A DNA stretch of 64,000 bases from Lama glama (Eukaryota). This document shows, piece after piece, positions 1 through 12,100 of the stretch. Position 1 is the first letter of the stretch. Every line of letters begins with the position of its first letter. The position numbers were made by a program, and so were the translations under genes. The notes under the pieces are model-generated. The model did not search any database. It was not told where the DNA came from and worked only from the letters and a program-made list of their open reading frames with translations. The stretch lies in contig CM052832.1 of the NCBI GenBank assembly GCA_028534125.1, positions 19,346,001 to 19,410,000 on the forward strand, given 5' to 3'.

Positions 1-60
1 AAGTATCAGAAGTTTCCTGTGACTACCATAAAAAATAATCCAGTTTCCACCAGGCTGCTC

Positions 61-171
61 CTAACGGTTTGTTAGGACACTCCTGCTTGATCCAAGTCCA
101 TCTGGCTTGAAGCTGTGTTTCATTTCCAGCCTTCTATCTGCCTGCAGGGTCTTCTTAGGTAAAGAGGCCAT
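61..171 (-). CDS. MRS2: MRS2 exon 11 (coding part; 3' UTR runs off the window start)
   Basis: atttag|ATGGCC...; [36 protein letters not shown] then TAG at 63-61. Confidence 0.95.
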   Translation of the reverse strand: MASLPKKTLQADRRLEMKHSFKPDGLGSSRSVLTNR

Positions 172-3100
172 CTAAATAAAGCAAGAAAATTCATAATTTT
201 AGTTGTGTCTGTTTAAAAGAAAAGTCACCAGTAAAATGATATGTTAACTACTAAACAAGGGAAGGACTGCAAGCCATACGTATGTGTCATGAGTACTTGC
301 TGCAAGGGTGCAAACTACAAGTAGAAAAGTAAGAAAAAGGTAAACTCTGTATCTTTTCCTAATGAGAACACTTTAAACGTTTTCTATACTGCAATTCTGG
401 CTATGACAAAACCTGTAGTAGAATCACTAACACTGGTCTAAATATACAATGCCTGTCACAGTGTTCCACATACTATAAATTTATTATTTCTTGTGCCAGG
501 CACTGTGCTAATAAGTGCTTTACACATATTACCTAATTCTCCCCTTAATAATATGAAGCAGATGACACTGACTTAACTGACAGATGGGGAAATTGAGAGA
601 GGCTTAAAGAAGCTAAGTAACTTGCTCAGGGTCTCAAAGCCCGTGACAACTTAAGCCCAGGCCGTGTGACTTCAGAGTCTGTGGCTGTAACCCCTCTGCT
701 TACTGCTATGAACCAGACCCTTCATACCACAGGGGGCAAAGGCGTTTCCAGCTGCCGCCCCAAGAATGACAGCAAACGCCTCCAGATCAGGCCACTTCCC
801 ATAAACATAATTCCTGTGATCAGCCAAAACACTCTATGGTCCTAAAAGAGAACACACAGTTAATTATTATTAGTATTTATTAGTTAATTATTATAAGTAT
901 TCTTTGATCATCTATGAACCAACATAACTGCTTTTACTTTGTGTTTCCCTCTGGTCTTTGTTTACAAGCATACAAATTTTAACAGTCATAATCACATTTG
1001 ACATACAACTTAAATGTTTTACTTATGGCCACAGTTGCTATACTGTGACCTGAGATGTCCTTGCATCACAGCACCCCAGGATACTTCAAATTTTCAAGAA
1101 TAACACAGTGTCATCTGTGGAATACCATGAGAAGTGCTACTCTTAAGCTGTTCAGACCTAACTTCTTCATAAAAGGAACTGTTAGGTAACATGACAGAAA
1201 CTGTAACATAATAAAAGAAACTTCTGGTCCAGGGATGCTGTGAAAAAATTACTAAGAAACTAAAAACATCATGAACCAAGAAAAGTTTGGGAACCTCTAA
1301 CTTATAGTGAACATTTTCCCTCGCTGTCATTTTCAAAATTTTATTACTTTTTTTGCAGTGTAATGCTTTTGGTTCATGTGTTAATGCACGGAATCACAGA
1401 GTTTATGTTTAATTTCCCCCGGGGAAGGAGTCTCATTTCCAGCTATGCCATTAGTTGTTATCAACCACGGCTTCGTCTCCAGTGATTGGGAGCTCACTTT
1501 CCCCTAAGACAGTCGTTGCACAAATGATCAGTAATCACTGATGGAAATTCATGCCACATATGGAGCAGAAATCTGCCTCCTTTTAACATGAAGTCAGATG
1601 TTAGACACAAGCCATCAGGAAGACTGCTGTGAGTTAACTGTGGATGAACACATTTCCAGTTATTCCAGAAAAGGGCCCTAATTTATTAAGTAAAACTTAT
1701 GCTTAAATGAGATTTAGCATACCCAGATTATTGTTTGTTCTTTGTTATAGACTGGTTTTGCTCTATAAATGAGAAGTCTGGGAATGCCAAAATGTGATAA
1801 ACTTGAGGAAAGCAAGTTCAAAGTTCTGTGTCAATAAAACATACACACAGCACAGTGTGAGACCTCCAGGAGATTAATGGAAGGGACAAGTGTCTGAGGG
1901 TTGGAGATTTAACACTTCCTCCGCTTTGGGCATGCCCTGCAGTACTCCGTATGTTTAAATATCTACCTTTCAAACTCTCCATTTCCTCCACTGTTTAGTC
2001 TACCTACTCCTTAGACAGACAATGTAAGCATCAAAATAAAAGAGTAATGATAGATTATAACTCACTGACTAAAGTAAGAGCCCATGAGCCCATGCTGATA
2101 CAAGTGAAAAAACAACCAGGTGAGAAGAGAAGGCTCTACTTTACAATAAAAGGAGTAGTAACAGAAACAGAAAATCACCATTTGGTAATCATCATTGTAG
2201 TATTTGGTTCAGGCACAAATCAATTTTAGATCATGGATGCTAAAGCTAGAGGGTGACAATCTGATGACTAACAAGAGTTCTTACACAGTACTTAATTCCA
2301 CAAAGAAAAAGAGAAACTTTACAGCAGAGAAAGCTGGCAGACACCACCTCAATCAGCTGATCAAAGTTGGTATCACTAGCAGGGAGACAAACTGACATCA
2401 AGGGTCTCCTGATGGGATTCAATGTGAAGAACACACTGACACAACGTGTAACCAGTCTAACGACGAAGAAAGAGTATCAAGTCCCAAAAAACTGACCTGC
2501 ATTCTTTGCAAACATCAAGGCCATGAAAACACAAAGACCGAAAAACTGGCCTAGATTAAAGGAGACATGAACTACATGCAACACATGACCCAGATTTTCT
2601 ATTAGATAAAGGAGATCTACTGAGCCAAGTGGTGAAATCTGACTAGGGTCTACAGATCAAAAAAAGTGTTGTTTCAATGTTAATTTCCTGATTTTGACAA
2701 CTGAGCTGTGGTTGTGTAAGAGAACGTCTTGTGTTTTTAAAAAATATATACTGAGGGGTTTCCGATCAAGAAGGCAGAGTAGTAGGACCACGAGCTTGCC
2801 TCTCCTCGTGACTACAACAAAGTCACAACTGAATGCTAAACATCCACCAAAAAAAAAAAAAAGACTGGATCCTAGCGAAAAAGATCCTCTTCAACTGGAA
2901 ACAAAGAGTAAACATCAGCCGGACGGTAGGAGGGGCATGCTTGCGATAAAATCAGACCCCCATATTTCCTGGATAGGTGACCCACAAGCTGAAGAGTAAT
3001 TAAGTGGCAGAGGCCCTCCCGCAAGAGCGAGCGTTCTAAGCCCCTCTTCAGGCTCCACACCCCGGGGTTCCAGCATTGGGAGGAGGAGACCCCAGGACAC

Positions 3101-6100
3101 CTGGTTTTAAAGGCCAGCAGGGCTTAGCTCCAGGAGCCCCACGGGACTGGGGGAAACAGACTTCATCCTCTTGGGAAGTGTACATAGAATCTCGTGTGTG
3201 CCAGGTCCAAGGGCAGGAGCAGTGATTTTAGAGGAACCTGGACCAGACGTGCCTGCTGGTTTTGGAAGGTCTCCTGGGGAGGTAGGGGACAGGTGCAGCT
3301 CACCCAGGGGACATAAAAACTGGTGACAAGACATTCTGGGAGTGTTCATCTACCTGAGCTTTCCTGGAGGCTGACGTCTTGATCGGATCAATAGCACCAA
3401 GACCCGGTCCCACCCAGCAGCCAGTAGGGAAGCTTCAGGCCAAACTACATACTGGGGGGGAACACAGACCCACCCATCAGCAGACTTCCTAAATCACAAA
3501 GGCCTCTAGACACCAGAGGTCCTGGACCAAGCTTCACCCAGCAGTGGGCAGACACTGACTCCTGCTGCCAGGAAACCTGCATAAGCCTCTAGACCAGCCT
3601 CATTCACCACGGGATAGACCCACTTCAGAGCTACAGACACATGCAAGCTGAAAGTAAGGGGATGGAAAAAGATATTCCATGCAAATGGAAACCAAAAGAA
3701 AGCTGGAGTAGCAATACTTATATGCACCCATCACAGGAGTACCTCAATATATAAAGCAATTGTTAACAGACATAAAAGGAGAACTCGACAGTAATAGTGG
3801 GGGACCTGAACACCCTACTTACATCAATGGACAGATCATCCAGACAGAAAGTCAATAAGGAAATACAGGCCCTAAATAACACATTAGACCAGATGGACTT
3901 AACTGATATCTATAGAGCATTCCATCCGAAAGCAACAGAACACACATTCTTCTCAAGTGCACGTGGAACATTCTCCAGAAGTGACCACATGCTGGCCTAC
4001 AAAGCTAGCCTCAGCAAATTTAAGAAAACTGAAATTGTATCAAGCATCTTTTCCGGCCACAATGCTATAAAGTTGGAAATCAACTACAAGAAAAAATGGC
4101 AAAAACTGCAAACACATGCAGGCTAAACAATATGCTACTAAACAACTAATGGATCACTGAAGAAATCAAAGAGGAAGGCAAAAAATACTTTGAGACAAAT
4201 GAATACAAAAACACAATAATCCAAAACCTCTGGGATGCAGCAAAAGCGGTTCTCAGAGGGAAGTTTATAGCCATACAAGCCTACCTCAGAAACAAGAAAA
4301 ATCTCAAGAAAACAACCTAACCTTACACCTAAAGCAGCAAAGAGAAAGAAGAAACAAAACCCAGTTAGTAGAAGAAAAGAAGTTATAAAAATTAGAGTAG
4401 AAATAAATGAAACAGAGACTAAAAAAACAATAGAAAAGATCAGTCAAACTAAAAGCTGTTCTTTGAAAAGGTAAACAAAATTGAAAACCTTTAGTCAGAC
4501 TGATCAAGAAAAAAAGAGGGGGGCCCAAATTAATAAAGTCAGAAGTGAAAAAGGAGAAGTTACAACCAACATCACAGAAATACAAGGGATCATAAGAGGA
4601 TACTATAAGCAACTGTATGCCAACAAAAAGGACTACGTAGAAGAAATGCACAATTTCTTACAAAGTTACAATTTGCCAAGACTGAACCAGGAAGAGATAG
4701 ACAATACGAACAGACTAATTACCAGTACTGAAATTGAATCAGTAATTAAAAACCTCCCAAAAACCAAAAGTCCAGGACCAGATGGCTTCATGGGTGAATT
4801 CTACCAAACATTTTCCGAAGAGTTAACACCTATCCTTCTGAAACTATTCCAAAAAATTGCAGAGGAAGGAACACTTCCAAACTCATTCCACGAGGCCATC
4901 ATCACCCTGATACCAAAACCAAAGATATCATAATAAAAAAATTACATGCCAATATCACTTATGAATATAGATGCAAAAATCCTCAACAAAATACTAGCAA
5001 ATTGACTCCAACAATGCATTAAAAGGATCACACACCATAATCAAGTGGGATTTATCCCAGGGATGCAGGGATTTTTCAGTATCAGCAAATCAATCAATAT
5101 GATATACCACATTAACTGAAGAATAAAAACCGTATGATCATCCCAACAGATGCAGAAAAAGCTATTGATAAAATTCAACATTCATTTATGATAAACACTC
5201 TCCAGAAAGTGGGCACAGATGGAACATACCTCAACCTAATAAAGGTCATATATGACAAACCCACAGCTAATATCATACTTAATAGTGAAAAGCTGAAAGC
5301 ATTTCCTCTAAGATCAGGAACAAGAAGAGGATGCTCACTCTTGCCACTTTTATTCAACATAGTTTGAAGATATAGCCACAGCAAGCAGAGAAGAAAAAAA
5401 GAAAAGCAATCCAAATTGGAAACAAAGAGGTAAAACTATCATTATTTACAGATGACATGATACTATACAAAGAAAACCCTAAAGCAACCAGAAAACTACA
5501 GGAACTCACCAATGAATTTGGTAAAGGTGCAGGATACAAAATTAATATACAGCAACCAGTTGCATTTCTATACACTAACAATGAAATAGCAGAAAAAGAA
5601 ATTAAAGAAACAATACCATTTACCATCACACCAAAAGATTACATAGGAACAAACCTACCCAAGGAGGCAAAACACCTGTACTCCAAAAACTTTAAGATGC
5701 TGATGAAAGAAATTGAAGACAACACAAACAAATGGAAACATAAACTATGTTCTTGGATTGGAAGAATCAATATTTTTAAAATGGCCATACTACCCAAGGC
5801 AGTATACAGATCAAATTACCAACGACATTTTTCACAGAGCTGGAACAAAAAATGTTAAAATCTGTATGGAACACGAAAGACCTCAAATAGCCAAAACAAT
5901 CTTGAAAAAGAAAAATGGAGCTGGAGGAATCATGCACCCTGACTTCAGACTATACTACAAAGCTACAGTAATCAAAACAGCATGGTACTGGCACAAAAAT
6001 AGACACAAAATCCAGAAATAAACCCACACGCTTATGGTCAATTAATCTACAACAAAGAGGGGAAGAATATACAATAGAGAAAAGACAGTCTCTTCAATAA

Positions 6101-9100
6101 GTTGTGCTGGGAAAACAGGACAGCTACTTGTAAAAGACTGAAATTAGAACATTCTCTAACACCATATATAAAAATAAACTCAAAATTGATTAAAGACTTA
6201 AATGTAAGACCAGATACTATAAAACTCCTAGAGGAAAACATAGGCAGAACATTCTTGGACATAAATCACAGCAAATAAAAGCAAAAATAAACAAATGGGA
6301 TATAATTAAACTTAAAAGCTTTTGCACAGCTAAGGATACCATCTACAAAATGAAAAGACACACTACAGAATGAGAGAAAATACTTGCAAATGATGTGACC
6401 AACAAGAGACTAATTTCCAAAATACACAAACAGCTCATACATCTTACTATCAAAAAAACAAGCAACACAATCAAAAAATGGGCAGAGGACCTAAACAGAC
6501 ATCTCTCCAAAGAAGACAGACAGATGGCCAACAAGCACATGAAAAGATGCTCAACATCACTAATTGTTAGAGATAAGCAAATCAAAACCACAATGAGTTA
6601 TCACCTCACACCAGCCAGAATGGCCATCATTAAAAAGTCTACAAATGATAAATGCTGGAGAGGGTGTGGAGAAAAAGAAACCCTCCTACACTGTTGATGG
6701 GAATGTANNNNNNNNNNNNNNNNNNNNNNNNNNNNNNNNNNNNNNNNNNNNNNNNNNNNNNNNNNNNNNNNNNNNNNNNNNNNNNNNNNNNNNNNNNNNN
6801 NNNNNNNCAATATGGATGGACCTTATGATCATCACTCTAAGTGAAGCCAAAAAGAAAAAGAAAAATGCCATATGATCTTGCTTATAATGTGGAATCTAAA
6901 AAAAGGACACAAACTATTTATTATTTATAACTTAGATGATTGATTTCTTGAATATGTGTAAGCACATTTGGCTGCCCTTTATGACTGGATTACTGCATTC
7001 TGTTGATTCTTATTTTGTGGTTGGTTTTATTCCTTTGATAACTATGTAAGTTTAAAAAGCTAAAGCTCTAAATTGTTCTTAGAAACAATGAATAGCACAT
7101 ATGTGTAAATTTTAAAAAATGTATATAGAAATAAAATATTATGTCTATGAGAGCAAAAAAAAATCAACTAGAATGGTGTATTTAACCATGAAGTCAATTA
7201 AAAAAAAAAACAACTGAAATGTCTAGAGGTAAAGGGACATCACATCTGTTGTTTACTCTCAAATGATTTAGGAAAAAGTATGTATATATTGATAGAATGA
7301 TAGAGTGAATATGATAAAATGTTGCTGTTTGAAGAATATGGGTGAAGGCTATCTAGGAATTCGACTGTTCTTGAAATAACCTGATATTATCTTAAAAAGA
7401 AGAAGATTTTTCCATCTTAGGTTCACCACTATAAATCTTAACCCTAACAACTCTATTTATACAGGAATAGAGACCTTTGACATTCACAGACTTAATGGAC
7501 ATGGAAACCTGGAGACGTAATCTGTGACTCTGGTGGGGCACTGATCTGATTTCTGTTTGGTGGGGCAAGCCTAGCTCACTGCTTTCCACTCACATCTCAC
7601 TATAACCAGGTTGCTCTATACCAAGGACTGCATATGCTGGAACTATCAAAGAAATTTCTAAAAATTCTTAAAATTTTTTTTTTTGAAAATAGGCATTTAG
7701 AGAAAATATTACAGTATAACATGGAGTTAGCTTGTAGAGTATATGTATAGAAACACAATTCTTAAACATGATTTGGGAAGAAGACAGCAACTTGTACAAA
7801 GAGTTCTGCAGTCACAAATTGGGGAATTTGCAAAGCTCTTTGGAAGTACCTTCTGAGAATGTCAAGGGCTGGTCTATGTCCCATAAGATATGCTGGAGAC
7901 TACTGGACTTTTTACTAGTCTATATTTGGGCTCAAAAACCTCCAAGAGATTCCTACCACACTTAAGATAAATCCAAACCCCTACAATGCTCTGCAAATCC
8001 ACATGCTCTCACTCTCGTCTGTCCATTAGACCATATTCCCTACCATTCTCTGCCTGACGCACTCCGGCCTTCTTGCTGTTCCCTGGACAAGCTCCGCTCA
8101 TCCCTGACTCAGTCGTCACATGTGGGGTTTCCTCTGCTTAGAACACCTTCCCCCCAGGCCTCCCCACTTCTTCCCATTCAGGCCTCTGCTTTAGCGTCAC
8201 CCACTCAGAAGACTGCTCTATCTCTAAACGCTCCTCGTCCCACCTCCGGCTAAGTCTCTACCCCTTTATCTGGCTTTATTTTTCTTTACGACCCTTGTCA
8301 CCTAACATATGACGGATCTGTCTACGCTCTCTCTCCTCCACTGTTATGTAACTGTCACTGAGTCTCTCAAGGACAGGGACTCAGTGATATATTCCCACAG
8401 CTGAAGCAGTGTTTACTGTATAATAGGCACTAAAAAACATGTTTGTAAGATGAATGAATAAATATTACATTTATTTTTCTTTTACATCTTATAAGGAGCA
8501 TTAAAAGGACTAATACTGACTTTGCTTCAGGGAGCTTATGATCTTTTGCAGACTTTGAACAAGCAACGGCAAATTCAAGGAACACAGCAAATGGAAAGTG
8601 TGGGATTATCTGTATATTTTATTTCACTATTGGAGTATACGTGTTAAGACTTTCTTTTTAAAATTCATTAAGAAAAGATCTTCAAAACATTAAAAACAAC
8701 CCCTGGATTAATGAAATAATATATTCTCACCTCCTCAAGGGAAGATTCCAAATTCATTCCAAAAGCAACTCCCATGAGTCCAAAGAGTGAGAGAGAAAAG
8801 GTTCCCATGGTCAACTGTAGGTTCAGCCTCATCATCACATTTCGGTGGCTAGAGAGGAGAGCAAGCACTTAGAGCAGAAAGGCCCACCAACCACACACAG
8901 CAAATTCACTCAACAGTCTATTACAGACCACATGCATGGAATGTACACCTTAAGAAAAGACACTTCCGTTTAATAGTTACAGATGATAATGATGGTATAA
9001 TTCCTTCCAAAATGGGAAGATGAAGCTTTCCTTAAAAGCTTTATCACATTATAATTATTTTATGGAGAAAATGCTTGCTGATTGTTTTATACAATGCCTC

Positions 9101-12100
9101 ACCTGTCCAGATTGATGAATATGATACTCTGTGAATCATCAATCAGCACCCTAAGTTCCCGAGCTGCATTGGAAAGATCCTCAGCCAATCGGTAGTAGTT
9201 TTCCAACAGCAACTCCATCTCTTCTGCATGGTCAATCCCAGCACTGCTCTTTTCACTTTAATTAAAAGTTAACATAATTAACATGCCCCCAATATGTGCA
9301 TCATACATTTAGTACCACAAAACTTCCTGAATTAGCACATAATATTCAGCTACCAGTGAAAAAAACAAGTCTGTACCTTTCCTATCATTGTGACTGAGGC
9401 CAGTCTGAGTGGTTTTGCCAACTGGTCCTAAACATGACACAGGTAAGCTGAGAGCACAGCTTCCCTGTATCCCAGGGACACTCACGCAAACACAGGCTAC
9501 CAGTTACAGAAAAATGTAGGTAGGTAAATGCTAATGAATTAGTGCAAATTCCAAGCCACTATCCGGTGAAACAAAACCACAAAGTTTTGAACATAAAGAA
9601 CAGTTCCCTTCCAAGGTGAATATATTACATCATTTTCATATATGAAGAAAAACATTTTTGAATGATGTCAGTACACAGTTATTTTGTCTGCTTTTGGTTA
9701 CCCTCTACCCTAACGAGGAGGATAAGTGGAAATGAAGTATTCTGTAAAAGACACTTATATCATAAGCCATATTAAAGACAGATTGGCCTAATAAGCAAAG
9801 CAAGCAAGAGTTACAAGTGTTCAAGTTTCTGCTACAGTATCTATCTGCTGTAGCACTGAGTGTTACAGAGCCATTTTTATTTTCATATTTCCTTACTAGA
9901 ATACAGAAAACTGGGGGGGAGGATATAGCTCAGGTGGTAAAGTGCATGCTTAGCATGCATGTCCTGGGTTCAACCCCCAATACCTCCTCTAAAGATAAAT
10001 AAATAAACCTAATTACCACTTCCCCTCAAAAAAAGAATACAGAAAACTAATTTCTTAAAATGCTTAAAAAAATCTGTACACACTGTGGATACTATGCACA
10101 TTTACAAAGGTGTCTGTATTAACATCTCATACTGATCTACAAAGAACAAAAATGAAATATTTGGTGTATTTAAAGAGTAAACATTTAAACTTGAGTGTAC
10201 ACAGGAAGAGTAAATGATTTCTACATTCATAAGAGATGAAAGGTTTATAAGATGAAAGCACTTTTATATTAGACCAGACTTAGAGAATTCGTGCCAGTGT
10301 CTGATTCACTTCCCTGCACTCCACACACCCCGCTGCCCCGCTCATGGATTTCACTTCTCTTGCACTATACTCTCGTGGTAAGTTTTTCAAGTAGATGTGT
10401 GTGTTACTTTGGTGGTCAGTCCTCTGAAGATAAAGGTGGTGGTGTTTATCTTTACATTCATCAAAGCCCAGCACAGTGTTGTGTACAGTGTACTTAATAA
10501 ATCCTTATTACATTCAATTAGATGCAATAGGGCACTGGAAATGGTGAAATAATTAGGGATGAAAAGCACCAGCATCCTCTATTCCAGAAAAGTGTTATGT
10601 CCTCTATGAAAAGTCATCCTGAAGAAAAGAAAGACAACTGATACTAAGAGAAAAACTAACAAGGCATGACTGTGTGCTTACAAGACTTGCGGGTCACTCC
10701 ACTTTGTCAGACAGAGCTCCTCCAGCATCTCTGCTTCATCCAAGATCTCCAAAATGGACTCTTTGAAAATTTTAATATCTGTTTCTAACTCTGACAGGCT
10801 GTAAGAGTAGTTGCACAAGAATGAACAATAGCATAAACTTATAAAAACATTTTATAAGAATAGTGCTTTTTTAGGGTATCGTATCAAGTAGATCCACTTA
10901 TACCATGGTAAACACTGACTTGTGAAAAATTTTTTTTGATATTTACCATGTAGGCTGAGAATCAATTGCCAAACCAAAAACTACATTAAATGGTAAAGTT
11001 AATCAATAACATAAACATAATTTTCAGCATATATTATTTATCTCAGAAACACAATCAATGTGATTTAAGTTTCTTGGCTTGCAAATTTATTTTTATTCTT
11101 TATAAGTACTGCAGAGACAGACTATTTGATATGGTACAATATGATAAAAACATCCTAACAATTCTGGACAAAGAACTACTGATTTAGAAATTTCAACTGG
11201 TAACTTCTGGAGGGACTTTAGAAGGTACAAATTCTGAGGGCATGTTAATACAAATTAATTAAAATATTATTCTTAAATTCTGGAATGCATTATGATAAAC
11301 AAAAAAAAAAAACGGAGCTTGGAGGGAGAGAAAATTGGATTTGAATTTAGATCTGCCATTTAGTAGCTGTATAAGTTTAGACAAGTAACCTAGACCTCAA
11401 TTTTCTTATCTTCAAAATGAGGACAATGTCAACTGCTGAACAGGACTGCTGACAGGATGAAATGAGATCATATACAGAGAAGAGCCTGATAAAACCACAA
11501 CATTTCATACAAAATAGTTTTTGTCTATGTGCCCCCTGTAGCTCAACTTCCCACCTAGGCTACTTACGTATTTTCAAAAAAAGGTATGAAAACAGACAAT
11601 TTTAATAATAATGAAAACCAAATATGGCAGTGAAGTCACTAAGAGTAAGTCCGAAAGTAAGAATGTTATTACCATTAGCAAGACTAGTTGGTATTTGAAA
11701 AACAGGTAATAATTACACTAATTTTGGATCTGCATTTATGTTAAACATTTCATTGTTAAGACTACTGAAAAAGAAGTTTAAGACATTTGTGTCTGACTCC
11801 CAACTTGGTAAATCACTCGTATTTACCTTTTGCCATTTTGTAGTAAGATGTGCAGTTTGCTTCTGTCGACAGAAGAATGTTTGGGATCCACTAAAGCTTC
11901 CAATGTCTCAAGGATCAGTGGTTGCAAAGTGCTAAGTTTCCCCTGAAGGGTGTTGATCTAGATTAACAACATGACCTTTCATAAGAATTAAAACAATCTT
12001 TTTAGAATATTCAGGGTCAGTGAATCCTCTGATTAAATACAGCAATCTGTAATACCTAGGAAGGCTGGTAACATTCAGAACATAGTCAGTGCTAGAACGC

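Noticed and set aside
3797..6697. Endonuclease / reverse transcriptase ORFs as a possible active or novel retro-system
   Set aside because: Plain L1 ORF2 fragments with many frameshifts and stops, and FADD changed to FTDD.
9913..9990. Possible tRNA gene
   Set aside because: It has an A-rich tail and TSD and lacks an intact cloverleaf, so it is a SINE.
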